Of a stretch of 64,000 nt of DNA, positions 24,926-38,345 are shown in pieces; positions within the stretch are counted from its first letter, which is position 1, and every line of letters begins with the position of its first letter. A model generated the notes under the pieces. It was given only the letters and a program-made list of their open reading frames with translations, ran no database searches and was not told the DNA's origin. The stretch spans positions 124,001-188,000 of the forward strand of contig NIVC01001325.1 in the NCBI GenBank assembly GCA_002269645.1, in the 5' to 3' direction. Source of the DNA: Macrostomum lignano. Lineage: Eukaryota. Position numbers and translations under genes: made by a program.

Positions 24926-25744
24926 GCTACACGAGAAGGGATAAGCGAGGATGATATACAGGGTCTAGTCAAAGGTTTTCCAATCAGTGAAAAAGTCACA
25001 AATAAAAAATGCAAGACAGTGAGTTACAGCAGATCAACAATTAAACAATAGAGGCATTTGCTCCACAGCAAGTTTATTACAAAAAAACAATTGATAAAAG
25101 ACTCATTCTCAGGCAACAATGCCCCAGAAGTGTGATACAGGGAAAGCTTATATCGGTGATGCTCCGGCTGCACTCTCTCGAATAAAGAAGATATTGGAAG
25201 GCTGAAAAATTTTCAGCAAAAGTATCTAGTTTTAACCGGTGCTATTAGCTGAATAGGCAAACACAGGATAGTTGAATATAAGAGAAGAGCGGGGATATAT
25301 GCCAACTAATAAATTGATAATTAATAAATGCTATCGAAGGTCCTTTGAAAGTGGCCACTTTGGCTACAAAATCAAACAATATAGTGTACTGGTTTTATTA
25401 AAGAAAAAATAGCTGGGGTAACCATCTGCATCAACTAGCGCCAATAAGTCGCTTTACTTACTACTGAACAAATAAGTAGAAAGCAAGTTTGAGACACTTT
25501 TTTTGAAGAATCTCATTAGATTTGCATGTACATATATTTGAATGCAATAAACAGGTGATTTAATTAAAGAAAAGCTGACTTTTGGCCAGCTTCAGTTAAG
25601 CTACTTTCAGTTTGTGCGTCGCTAATTGCACTCTAACTAGCCTACTGAGTTAGTAGAAAGTTAAGCAGGCCAACATAACGATTCTTGGACGACTATTTCG
25701 CGATTCTTTTACGATTCAACAACTTACGTGACGCGCTTGTGTTG

Positions 25745-25880
25745 CAACAGTCGCCTCTCAGTCGCATTAGATGCGTTTTGAGTCTTTGAAAGTCACAAGA
25801 GTCGCTAGAGAGTTGTTTGGAACGACTTCTAAGCAGTTATGTTTACGGTAACGATTTCAACGGGTCGAGGTTATAAGTCT
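25745..25880 (-). promoter_or_regulatory. Putative promoter/5'-end element upstream of DCTD (homologous to 57355-57490)
   Basis: Minus strand: AGACTTATAA, about 20 nt, GTTACCGT, GACTCTTGTGA, AGGCGACTGTT. The same blocks occur in the same order and spacing upstream of F-box paralogue 2. Confidence 0.45.
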
Positions 25881-25889
25881 TAATAATCA

Positions 25890-26585
25890 ACCATCATCAT
25901 CGTCAATCATCATCATCATCATGATCAATCATGATCAATCATGATCAATCATGATCAATCATCATCATCATCACCATCATCATCATCATAATCAATCATC
26001 AACAATCATCACCATCATCATCGTCAATAATAATAATAATAATCATCATCATCATCAATCACCATCAATCATCACCATCATCATCGTCAATAATAATAAT
26101 AATCATCATCATCAATCATCATCATCATCATCATCATCGTCAATCATCATCAATCATCATTATCATCACCAATCTTCATTATCATCATCAATCATCAATC
26201 ATCATCATCGTCAATCATCATCAATCATCATAATCAATCATAAATAAACATCATCAATCATCATAATCAATCATAAATAAACATCATCAATCATCATAAT
26301 CAATCATAAATAAACATCATCAATCATCATCATCGTCAATCATCATCAATCATCATCACCAATCATCATTCTAATCATCAATCATCATCATCAATCATCA
26401 TTCTAATCATCAATCATCATCATCAATCATCATTCTAATCATCAATCATCATCATCAATCATCATTCTAATCATCAATCATCATCATCAATCATCATTCT
26501 AATCATCAATCATCATCATCAATCATCATTCTAATCATCAATCATCATCATCAATCATCATTCTAATCATCAATCATCATCATCA
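25890..26585. repeat. (CAT/AAT/TCAA)-based microsatellite continuous with the poly-Asp tail of F-box paralogue 1
   Basis: The ATC-type array begins inside the last GAT codons of the ORF ending at 26570. Confidence 0.9.
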
Positions 26586-29500
26586 TCATCCAAATCGTGG
26601 TCGTTGTCCTCGGAGCTGCTGTTGCTGTCCGCATCGGACGAGCCGAAGCCGTTAATGTCCTCGAGCATCTGCCGTTCGTAGAACTCGTCGCTGTCCATGC
26701 TGAGATTCTCTTCTTCCTCATCGAACTCGTCCTCGTCATCATCGCTAAGCCAGGGCGGCATGTGCTCATAGTCGAACATGAATAGATTGCCTGCCTCGGA
26801 TTCGTCGCTGTCGTGTTCCTCCTCCGCCGACGAGTCACGGTCGTCGTTATCACCGACAGAGGCAGCGGCGGGGCTGGCAGTTTCGACAACTTCAACTCCG
26901 AAGCCTAGGCGAAGCCGAGCAAGACGCTCTGACAGCGCCAGAGATGCATCCGCATCCCCATCGCCTCCCCCAGCCTCGGCTTCTTCGTCCTCCTCCGAGT
27001 CACTGCCTCTGCTGCCGCCACCGCCGCTGCCGCTGATCCGCAGGCGGAGTTTCGGGAACCGGTCGAAGCCGTCCGACAGAGCGGTTCGCCTGGCCAGAGC
27101 GGTAGCCAGCTGGCCGGGCCTGGCCAAACCCGGACACCTGGTCAGGTCTAGGCTGACGAGACGCCGACAGTTGGCCAGCAGGGGCGCCAGGCCGCCGGGG
27201 CCGAGCATCGGGCAGCGGGCTGCCAGCAGCTCCTGCGGTGGTGGTTGAGCGGGCAAACAATGAAGCGTGCGCTCGGAGATCAAGCAGAACTATTATGCAT
27301 TTGAGTAGGGGCTCAAGTATTGCGAAATCACACTAATGGAAATCACACTAATAGAAATCACACTAATGAAAATCACACGAATGGAAATCACACGAATGGA
27401 AATCACACGAATGGAAATCACACTAATGAAAATCACACTAATGAAAATCACACTAATGGAAATCACACGAATGGAAATCACACGAATGGAAATCACAATA
27501 ATGGAAATCACAATAATGGAAATCACAATAATGGAAATCACACTAATGGAAATCACACGAATGGAAATCACACGAATGGAAATCACACAAACGGAAATCA
27601 CACAAATGGAAACCACACTAATGGAAGTCACACTAATGGAAATCACACGAATGGAAATCACACAAACGGAAATCACACGAATGGAAATCACAATAATGGA
27701 AATCACACTAATAGAAATCACACTAATGGAAATCACACTAATGGAAATCACACGAATGGAAATCACACGAAGGGAAATCACACGAATGGAAATCACACTA
27801 ATAGAAATCACACTAATGGAAATCACACTAATGGAAATCACACGAAGGGAAATCACACGAAAGGAAATCACACTAATAGAAATCACACTAATGAAAATCA
27901 CACTAATGGAAATCACACGAATGGAAATCACACGAATGGAAATCACACTAATGAAAATCACACTAATGAAAATCACACTAATGGAAATCACACGAATGGA
28001 AATCACACGAATGGAAATCACAATAATGGAAATCACAATAATGGAAATAACAATAATGGAAATCACAATAATGGAAATCACACTAATGGAAATCACACGA
28101 ATGGAAATCACACGAATGGAAATCACACAAACGGAAATCACACAAATGGAAACCACACTAATGGAAGTCACACTAATGGAAATCACACGAATGGAAATCA
28201 CACAAACGGAAATCACACGAATGGAAATCACAATAATGGAAATCACACTAATAGAAATCACACTAATGGAAATCACACTAATGGAAATCACACGAATGGA
28301 AATCACACGAAGGGAAATCACACGAATGGAAATCACACTAATAGAAATCACACTAATGGAAATCACACTAATGGAAATCACACGAATGGAAATCACACTA
28401 ATGGAAATCACACGAATGGAAATCACACAAATGGAAATCACACGAATGGAAATCACACAAATGGAAATCAGGACACGGGAAATCAGCACACGAACCAAAC
28501 TATTAAAACTGATTCCTAAGCTCATTGCTCACCTGCAGCTCTGGCGGCGGCGGCTGTCGTCCGTCAAAGGCGGTGCCGGACGCGTCTAGGAAGCTCAGGC
28601 GGCAGAGGCCCTTCAGCGAGGCGAAGTCTTCGTTAGCGAGGCCGGCGCAGTCCGGCAGGTCGAGTCGGCGAAGCTGCGGCAGGCGGGTGACGAGGCAGCG
28701 AAGGCAGCCGCCGGTCAGGTCAGCCCTGCCGAGATGGAGCGCCCGGAGGCTGCAGCCGTTCAGCTGCCAGGAGGCTTCGGCGGCTGCGGCGCTGCCTTCT
28801 CGGATCATCGGCCAGCGAGTCCAGTCCTCGAAGAGTGCGACATCCTTCGACTGAGGGGGGAGGCGAACGGGTTTCTTGGGTAGTGGGGTATTGATACTGG
28901 GGTATTGGTATTGGGGCATTGATATTAGGGTATTAGGGTATTGGGGTATTAGCCTTGATACTGGGGTATTGATATTTGGGCACTGGGGTATTGATACTGG
29001 GGTATTGATATTTGGGCACTGGGGTATTGATACTGGGGTATTGATATTGGGGTATTGGGGTATTATTACGTTTTAGCATTTGAGTATTGGGGGCATGGAT
29101 ATTTGGGGTATTGTGTATTGATAGGGAGTGTTACCCGCTCGATGCGCAGCTCCTCCAGCTTCTCCAGCTTCTCCCATCCGACTCGGTCGCCGAGCCGCTC
29201 CAACCGCCTCGCCAGCGTCAGCCGAAGCGACACCAGGCCGGAGCCGCAGGCCTCAGCTGCGGCCGTCACGACAGTCTCGTTCGCCACGTTGGTCAGCGTC
29301 AGCTGGCGAAGTCGGCAGTCGGCGATGAAGCAGAAGGCCTCGGCTTTGCGCAGCTGCTGGGCTGGCAGGCTGAGCTGCTCCAGGTGACGGCCGCAGCCAC
29401 GCATGAGCAGCCAGAGGGCCTGGGGGCGGGTAAAGTGAACTTTTGCACAGCACTAACACGATAACAGGATGTCTGTAGCTAACAGGATGTCTGTAGATAA

Positions 29501-32500
29501 CAGCATTTCTGTAGCTAACAGGATGTCTGTAGCTAACAGGATGTCTGTAGCTAACCGGATGTCTGTAGCTAACCGGATGTCTGTAGCTAACAGGATGTCT
29601 GTAGCTAACAGGATGTCTGTAGCTAACAGGATGTCTGTAGCTAACAGGATGTCCATACCCCAAGACGGACACCGAGTATCTTTCTGACTGTGTATCACAG
29701 CAGCGCGTCTCTAACTCACCTGGTCGTTGAACCGCTTGACGGCCTGCCGCGAGCTTCTCCGCCAGCCCCTGGGCAGCCGGCTGTCGGGGTCAGCCAAGTG
29801 CAGCACCGTCAGGCACCGCAGACTGTCGCCAGCCAGCAGGCAGTCGAGAGGCGACGGACACACCGGCAGGCGCAGCTCCGTCAGCGCTGGCAGGCAGCGG
29901 GCGATGCGCGACAGCGCCAGGCTCAGGCCGGGCGGCGTTGCCTTGGTAACTGACAGGCTGCGGAGGTCAGACGCAGAGCCCAAACAGCGCAGGAACTGCT
30001 GCAGCTCGTCTTCCTCCTGCTGCCGCTCGCCGCTGTCGTCAAGGGAGTCGCCGCTGTCGGCAAAGTCCAGCTGGCGAAGTCGCAGGCCGAGCCGCGGTCG
30101 CCAGGAAACGAGCCGGCGAAAGCAGACGCAGGAGCGGCTCAGCCTCAGCCAGTCGGACGGCGCCAGGCGGTCGAGGACGCCGTCTTGGAATGCGCCGGGC
30201 GGCAGGCGGCGGACCGGACAGTCCGGCCGGCAGGAGGTGGGCGGGCCGGCCGGCGGCTCCGGGAAAATCTCGGCGCCCGGCAGGACGAAACGGCAGCGGA
30301 CGCGGAAGCTCCAGTCCTGCTCGGCGTGGAACAAGTCGTCCAGGTTGCTCAGCTGCAGCACGAACCGCGCCGTGCCGTCTCCGCTGTCGCTGCTGGCGCT
30401 GGCAGCTGGCCGCGTCTTCATAATCAGGCCAAACTGGCCCAGTTTTGCTTCCAAGACGCAACTACGACTCTCCGTGTTGTTTTTCTCCCACTGTACAAAT
30501 GATTTTTTGAGGGAGATGGAATGAGAGGTCACGCTCAAATACTCGCTAAAGTGCACGCTCAAATACTCGCTAAAGTGCTCGCTCAAATACTCGCTAAAGT
30601 GCACGCTCAAATACTCGCTAAAGTGCACGCTCAAATACTCGCTAAAGTGCACGCTCAAATACTCGCTAAAGTGCACGCTCAAATACTCGCTAAAGTGCCC
30701 GCTCAAATACTCGCTAAAGTGCACGCTCAAATACTCGCTAAAGTACACGCTAAAAAACTTGGATAGAAAAATATGATAGCACTATCAGTAGTTAATTTGA
30801 GACAACCAACTTTATTGATTGGGATTAAATATCAGACGCAAGCACAAACATTGGTTACCAATAAAACAAAAGCAGAGTTTGGCAAACTCACTGAGTCAAT
30901 TAGCAGTACGCAGCTGACGCAGTGAGACAATCGTCTGAATGAGATCTTGTGCTCGAGCTCGACTGGCTCCAGGCTGAAGTGCGAGGGAAAGCGAGTTATC
31001 AGCTTCCGCATAGCAGCCTCGTACGACCACGAAAAAACTTGAGCACGAAAATTGGCCGGTGGCTTGTCGTCCGATTCACACCCATAAGGGCCAACACCCC
31101 CCTCCCCAGAGAGTGTACATGCCTGACGATTAGAAAGTCAGGGCTGCTGTACACCTTGTGTGAGCGTGTCATGAGTGCGTGCCTCATACAGTATTGGCGC
31201 GCTTGTGTGTCCTCAGGAGTCAGAGGAACGGGCAGAATTGCCTCACTGGCTGGTTACGGGAAGGTGTTGCCTGCAGCCCTCCCGCAATTGACAATACTAC
31301 TATAGGCAGGTTTAAGGCTACTCACATTTCCTCCGGATTGATCCACTTATCGAAGAAGTCGTCCAAGCCAGCGGGCAGCGGCGGCGGCACCAGCAGTTGG
31401 CGCGCCTGCCGCCAGCCAGCCGGGCCCAGGAAGCCGAGCCCCAGCAGCAGGCGGGCCACCAGACGGTCGAACTGGCGAATCGTCAGGCCGTCCGGTGGAC
31501 TGCCGGCCAGCTCCTGGGCCGGGGCTCTGGCCGGGCCGGGCAGGCAGGGCCAGTCGGACAGGCGGCGGGCGAATTGGCGCCAGAGCCGGTGGCGGGCTAG
31601 CCTGTGAGAGCGGGAGCGGGAGAAACGGCCTTTGATTTTTAGACGCTTAACCAATTGTAACAATTGAACTGACTAGATAAAAATTTGGGAAATTAGACAC
31701 TGCATTTTTGAAGCCCCGTTTCCGAGACCCCAATACACAAATCCTAATTCCCAAAATCCCGATTCCCAAAATCCCAAATCCTGAAATCCCAAATCCCGAA
31801 ATCCATATTCTCAAAATCACAAATCCTGAAATCCCATATTCCCAAAATCCCAAATCCCGAAATCCCATATTCCCGAAATCCCAATTCCCAAAATCCCAAT
31901 TCCAAAAATCCCAATTCCCAAAATCGTAATTCAAAAAGTCCCGATTCCCAAAATCCCGATTCCAAAAATCCCGATTCCCAAAATCCCGATACTCTAAATC
32001 CTGCTTCCAATAACTTCGATTGCCCAAATCCCAACCATAATAATCCCGGCTGCCAAAACCCAATTCCCGAAATAAAATTCTCCAATCTACAATTTCCACT
32101 AAATTCCAATTTCAAATAAAATAAGATCAACCCTCTGTTTCGAAGCCCCGCTCCTTAACTCTCAATAACGAATCTAATCTTCAAGACAAAGCCAAAACTG
32201 CCCGGTAGCTTGACCACCCCCCATTCAACACACGAGAACAGCAAGTTCACCTGGTTAGCAGATGCGGCGTCAGCGACGTCTCCACCGACAGCCTGCACAG
32301 CCGGACCTCCTCGACAGCAGCCGACCAGCCGGCGTCTGCGTCGGCGCCTCCGCCCAGAGCTTCGACGCAGGCCTCCGCAGCGGCGTCGCCGTTGGTGTCG
32401 CCGTCGCCATTTGCGCTTAGGCGAGCGTTCGGCAGGTCTTTGTGATAATTGTGCAATAAAAATTTTAAGTACACGGTAACACGATTTGATGTTACGAATT

Positions 32501-35204
32501 ACGATTAACATGCTCTAATAATACCAGCTACAGACGGCACTGTAACACAAGCTACAGACGGAACTGTAACACCAGCTACAGACGGCACTGTAACACCAGC
32601 TACAGACGGTACTGTAACACCAGCTACAGACGGCACTGTAACACCAGCTACAGACGGCACTGTAACACCAGCTACAGACGGTGTAAGCCCATATAATCAA
32701 AGCTAGGAGATTATTAAATTTCCTCAAAGTATCTTACCGGCTCCAAAAGTGGCCTGGAAGTCTCGCAGAGCTCGGGTGAGCAGACCGAGAAGTCCGCCGC
32801 CGCAGCCGTCGCTGCCCACCTGCCGCAGCTGTCGCCTGGCAACAGCAAAGAACAGACGCGAGGCCAGAAGATGCTTCAAGCCGTCTGGCAAAGGCTGGCC
32901 AGTCACAGCCTCGAGCAGGCTGAAGCTGCACAGCTCTCCAAGGACCACTCTCGGCCGGGAGTTCAGCCAGCCGTCCAGGGCTGCCTGCAGGTCCCAGTCA
33001 CCGCCGCGGTCGCCAGCCACCGGCCACCGAGGCTCGAAGGCGAGTCGCCGCAGCAACCGGCAGGCGGCCTCGTCCTCGGCCAGTCGGTCGGACACCAGCG
33101 CGTCCAGCTGTCCAATTCTGTCCGATGCGTCGGAAGGCAGCGGCTTGGAGCGGCAGGCAAAGAAGGACAACAGGCGGCACAGCTCCGGCCAGCTGCGGCC
33201 ACTCAGGCTCTCCCGCAGTTGCCAGAACTCGGCGAGGCTCAGCGTCCGCTCCAGGAGTCCATCGGCGAGACGGCGAGAGAACTCGGCCAGCTGATCCACG
33301 TATTCGGCTCCGAGCTGGTCGCGGAAGTGAAGACAGTCGTCCAGCGGCTGCCACAGCTCGGACAGAGACAGCAGACGGGGCAGAAGCTGCATTGGGGAGC
33401 CGCCTTGGCGCCACAGATCCGGGAAGTGGCGGGCGAACACTTGCGAGAGCAGCGAGGCGCGCAGAAGGTTGCGGTAGCTGAGAATTGGATAGCTGTTCAA
33501 GCGACCGCCGGAGTTGACTTGGATGCGGCTGCAAATAGTTGGGAAAAATAGGGAACAGACTGTTCGAGACTGGCTGTCTGTTCCAGAGTGAAGAGATGCC
33601 TGTACCAGAGTGAAGAAATGCCTGTTCCAGAGTGAAGAAATGCCTGTTCCAGAGTGAAGGGATGCCTGTTCCAGAGTGGAAGAGATGCCTGTTCCAGAGT
33701 GGAAGGGATGCCTGTTCCAGAGTGGAAGGGATGCCTGTTCCAGAGTGGAAGGGATGCCTGTTCCAGAGTGGACGGGATGCCTGTTCCAGAGTGGACGGGA
33801 TGCCTGTTCCAGAGTGGAAGGGATGCCTGTTCCAGAGTGGAAGGGATGCCTGTTCCAGAGTGGACGGGATGCCTGTTCCAGAGTGGAAGGGATGCCTGTT
33901 CCAGAGTGGACGGGATGCCTGTTCCAGAGTGAAGAGATTACTGTTCCAAAGTAAAGAGATTACTGTTCCAGAGTGAAGAGATTACTGTTCCAGAGTGAAG
34001 AGATGCCTGTTCCAGAGTGAAGGGATGCCTGTTCCAGAGTGAAGAGATGCCTGTTCCAGAGTGAAGAGATGCCTGTTCCAGAGTGAAGAGATGCCTGTTC
34101 CAGAGTGGAAGGGATGCCTGTTCCAGAGTGAAGAGATGCCTGTTTCAGAGTGTAGAGATGCACTAACTCCCTAATCAGTGCACAGAGAAGAGCTCACAAG
34201 TCAGGTAGGCTATTAAAGACACTCCGCAGCGGTCTCAATCGCGGTTCATCATCCCAGCCAATGCCGCTAGCATTCTCAGCATCGTACGCAGCCAAAACGG
34301 GACCCCAGCGTTGGGCCAGCCGAGACAGAAGGTGATTCAATAACGCTGAAGGACTGTCAATGCTGCCAGTGTTGGCAGTTACATTAGCAGCCTCAGCCAG
34401 CACTGAGGCTGCACTGGCTGCAAAGCTAGCCAATCCAGAATCTGCATAGGCTTCATCGCTCCAGTCGAGCCATTCGACGCCGAACCGGACCAACTTCAGA
34501 CAGACAGCATCCCTGTTGGCATTTTTATTGGTCAGAATTTGAATTGCCGAAGCAAGATGGCTGGCTTCGAACACCACAACAATATTGGCACGCTGGACCA
34601 GGCTGCAGACCGTGTCCGCAAGGATGCCGAGTTGGTTTGGCTGAATGGCGGAGAAAAACAGTGTGGCCAAGGCTGGCTGGCGATCTTTCAAGCGAAGAAA
34701 GCGCGGCAATTGAGGCGACGGCGAAGGCGAGGACGATTGAAGGTCGAGCGCTAGGTGAAGAAGCGACTCGCCGAGTCCCTCGGCGTTGACAGCCAGCCGG
34801 CAGCCGGCCAGCAGCTGGCTGCAGAAGTCCGACCAGCGACCGTCGGTGGCAGCGGCTGAGACGCAGAGAAGCGCGGATTCGTCTTTAACCGAAGTGCTCA
34901 ACAAGTGAAAATGATGGCTCGGCGTCAGCGGCCTGACCCGGGTGACGACAGTCCGATGCGGGAATCTGGGATGCCGATAGCGCAGAGAATAATCCCATCC
35001 GCCTGGCGGCAGACACATGGAAATTTGGATGCCGAATTGAGTGGCTTCTAGCAGCCGAATGGAATGGCGACAGTTGCCGCAGCAGACGGTGAGCTCCAGC
35101 TGCAGGCCGCTGTAGGAATGCGGCAGGCCGGCCAGCGACGCCTCTGAGGTGGCGCTTAGGCCGGAGAATTGCAGGTAGAAATTTTGCACCTGCTGCTGAG
35201 CCAT
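26570..35204 (-). CDS. Large F-box/leucine-rich-repeat protein, paralogue 1 (about 1423 aa, 9 exons)
   Basis: Exons 35204-34198, 33477-32738, 32437-32251, 31601-31326, 30973-30892, 30433-29720, 29419-29135, 28850-28533, 27232-26570; all GT-AG, phases match, total 4272 nt. F-box-like PVRRLPPGAFQDGVLDRLAPSDWLRLSRSCVCFRRLV at about 30215-30105. FBXL-type LRRs (LRALHLGRADLTGGCLRCLVTRLPQLRRLDLPDC; LLANCRRLVSLDLTRCPGL). D/E-rich tail. Confidence 0.8.
27318..28470. repeat. 15-bp minisatellite GGAAATCACAC(T/G)AAT (intron), with a 540-bp internal duplication
   Basis: Rare variant AAACCACACTAATGGAAGTCA occurs at 27610 and 28150. Confidence 0.95.
28880..29120. repeat. Degenerate GGGGTATTGATA repeat (intron)
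   Basis: Visible in the sequence. Confidence 0.85.
29462..29650. repeat. 18-bp minisatellite AACAGGATGTCTGTAGCT (intron)
   Basis: Visible in the sequence. Confidence 0.9.
30530..30750. repeat. 24-bp minisatellite CACGCTCAAATACTCGCTAAAGTG (intron)
   Basis: Visible in the sequence. Confidence 0.9.
31720..32100. repeat. Degenerate CCCAAAATCCCGATT repeat (intron)
   Basis: Visible in the sequence. Confidence 0.8.
32520..32680. repeat. 24-bp minisatellite ACACCAGCTACAGACGGCACTGTA (intron)
   Basis: Visible in the sequence. Confidence 0.9.
33560..34160. repeat. 22/23-bp minisatellite GGGATGCCTGTTCCAGAGTG(G)AA (intron 1 of paralogue 1)
   Basis: Same family as 47915-49045 and 50240-55370. Confidence 0.95.
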
Positions 35205-35279
35205 GCAATTGTACAGGATTGTGTCATTGTAGCAGCCTTATGCCTCATGCGGATCGACCTTACAGCGATCCAAGATTCT

Positions 35280-38200
35280 CTAGGCGGTCTAGGGACAATT
35301 CTGTAACGATCTAGGGACCATTCTGTAACGATCTAGGGAGCATTCTGTAACGATCTAGGGACCATTCTGTAACGATCTAGGGAGCATTCTGTAACGATCT
35401 AGGGACCATTCTGTAACGATCTAGGGACCATTCTGTAACGATCTAGGAACCATTCTGTAACGATCTAGGGACCATTCTGTAACGATCTAGGGACCATTCT
35501 GTAACGATCTAGGGACCATTCTGTAACGATCTAGGGACCATTCTGTAACGATCTAGGAACCATTCTGTAAGTGGTCTAGGAACCATTCTGTAACGATTTA
35601 GGGACCATTCTGTAAGCGGTTTAGGGACCATTCTGTAAGCGGTCTAGGGACCATTCTGTAACGATCTAGGGACCATTCTGCAACGATCTAGGGACCATTC
35701 TGTAAGCGGTCTAGGGACCATTCTGTAAGCGGTCTAGGGACCATTCTGTAACGATCTAGGGACCATTCTGTAACGATCTAGGGACCATTCTGTAACGATC
35801 TAGGGACCATTCTGCAACGATCTAGGGACCATTCTGTAAGCGGTCTAGGGACCATTCTGTAAGCGGTCTAGGGACCATTCTGTAACGATCTAGGGACCAT
35901 TCTGTAAGCGGTCTGGGGACCATTCTGTAAGCGGTCTAGGGACCATTCTGTAACGATCTAGGTACCATTCTGTAAGCGGTCTGGGAACCATTTCTAAGCG
36001 TTCTGGGGACCATTATACAAGTGGTCTAGGGACAATTCTGCAAGCGATCAGAATGGTCTGGGGATCATTCTGTAAGCGTCTAGGGACCATTATGCAAGTG
36101 GTCTAGGGACAATTCTGCAAGCGATCAGAATGGTCTGGGGACCATTCTGTAAGCGGTCTAGGGACCATTCTGTAACGATCTAGGGACCATTCTGTAAGCG
36201 GTCTGGGGACCATTCTGTAAGCGGTCTAGGGACCATTCTGTAACGATCTAGGTACCATTCTGTAAGCGGTCTGGGAACCATTTCTAAGCGTTCTGGGGAC
36301 CATTATACAAGTGGTCTAGGGACAATTCTGCAAGCGATCAGAATGGTCTGGGGATCATTCTGTAAGCGTCTAGGGACCATTATACAAGTGGTCTAGGGAC
36401 AATTCTGCAAGCGATCAGAATGGTCTGGGGATCATTCTGTAAGCGTCTAGGGACCATTATGCAAGTGGTCTAGGGACAATTCTGCAAGCGGTCAGAATGG
36501 TCTGGGGATCATTCTCTAAGCAGTCTGGGGACCATTGTCTAAGCGGTCTGGGGACTATTCTCTAAGCGGTCTGGGGATCATTCTCTAAGCAGTCTGGAGA
36601 CTAGTCTCTAAGCGGTCTGGAGACTATTCTCTAAGCGGTCTGGAGACTATTCTCTAAGCGGTCTGGAAACTAGTCTCTAAGCGGTCTGGAGACTAGTCTC
36701 TAAGCGGTCTGGAAACTAGTCTCTAAGCGGTCTGGAGACTATTCTCTAAGCGGTCTGGAAACTAGTCTCTAAGCGGTCTGGAGACTATTCTCTAAGCGGT
36801 CTGGAAACTAGTCTCTAAGCGGTCTGGAGACTATTCTCTAAGCGGTCTGGGGATCATTCTCTAAGCAGTCTGGAGACTAGTCTCTAAGCGGTCTGGAGAC
36901 TATTCTCTAAGCGGTCTGGAGACTAGTCTCTAAGCGGTCTGGAGACTATTCTCTAAGCGGTCTGGAGACTATTCTCTAAGCGGTCTGGAAACTAGTCTCT
37001 AAGCGGTCTGGAGACTAGTCTCTAAGCGGTCTGGAGACTATTCTCTAAGCGGTCTGGAAACTAGTCTCTAAGCGGTCTGGAGACTATTCTCTAAGCGGTC
37101 TGGAGACTAGTCTCTAAGCGGTCTGGAGACTATTCTCTAAGCGGTCTGGAGACTATTCTCTAAGCGGTCTGGAAACTAGTCTCTAAGCGGTCTGGAGATT
37201 AGTCTCTAAGCGGTCTGGAGACTATTCTCTAAGCGGTCTGGAAACTAGTCTCTAAGCGGTCTGGAGACTATTCTCTAAGCGGTCTGGAAACTAGTCTCTA
37301 AGCGGTCTGGAGACTAGTCTCTAAGCGGTCTGGAAACTAGTCTCTAAGCGGTCTGGAGACTAGTCTCTAAGCGGTCTGGAAACTAGTCTCTAAGCGGTCT
37401 GGAAACTAGTCTCTAAGCGGTCTGGAGACTATTCTCTAAGCGGTCTGGGGATCATTCTCTAAGCAGTCTGGAGACTAGTCTCTAAGCGGTCTGGAGACTA
37501 TTCTCTAAGCGGTCTGGAGACTAGTCTCTAAGCGGTCTGGAGACTATTCTCTAAGCGGTCTGGAGACTATTCTCTAAGCGGTCTGGAAACTAGTCTCTAA
37601 GCGGTCTGGAGACTAGTCTCTAAGCGGTCTGGAGACTATTCTCTAAGCGGTCTGGAAACTAGTCTCTAAGCGGTCTGGAGACTATTCTCTAAGCGGTCTG
37701 GAGACTAGTCTCTAAGCGGTCTGGAGACTATTCTCTAAGCGGTCTGGAGACTATTCTCTAAGCGGTCTGGAAACTAGTCTCTAAGCGGTCTGGAGATTAG
37801 TCTCTAAGCGGTCTGGAGACTATTCTCTAAGCGGTCTGGAAACTAGTCTCTAAGCGGTCTGGAGACTATTCTCTAAGCGGTCTGGAAACTAGTCTCTAAG
37901 CGGTCTGGAGACTAGTCTCTAAGCGGTCTGGAAACTAGTCTCTAAGCGGTCTGGAGACTAGTCTCTAAGCGGTCTGGAAACTAGTCTCTAAGCGGTCTGG
38001 AAACTAGTCTCTAAGCGGTCTGGAGACTATTCTCTAAGCGGTCTGGAAACTAGTCTCTAAGCGGTCTGGAGACTATTCTCTAAGCGGTCTGGAAACTAGT
38101 CTCTAAGCGGTCTGGAAACTAGTCTCTAAGCGGTCTGGAGACTAGTCTCTAAGCGGTCTGGAGACTAGTCTCTAAGCGGTCTGGAAACTAGTCTCTAAGC

Positions 38201-38345
38201 GGTCTGGAAACTAGTCTCTAAGCGGTCTGGAGACTATTCTCTAAGCGGTCTGGAAACTAGTCTCTAAGCGGTCTGGAGACTATTCTCTAAGCGGTCTGGA
38301 GACTAGTCTCTAAGCGGTCTGGAGACTATTCTCTAAGCGGGCTGG
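35280..38345. repeat. 22/23-bp minisatellite with a unit-sequence gradient, upstream of paralogue 1
   Basis: Unit shifts from TAGGGACCATTCTGTAACGATC to TGGA(G/A)ACTA(T/G)TCTCTAAGCGGTC along the array. Confidence 0.95.

Noticed and set aside
31322-31330. Conserved EEM-TGA as a true stop splitting the F-box gene in two
   Set aside because: The TGA is part of a GTGAG donor in both copies, and a homologous small phase 2-to-0 exon links it in frame to the F-box exon. Not fully excluded without cDNA.
28525-33551. Plus-strand Arg/Ser/Gln-rich ORFs overlapping GC-rich exons (also at 20681-21477 and 43452-50022)
   Set aside because: Antisense shadows of GC-rich coding exons with no recognisable domains.
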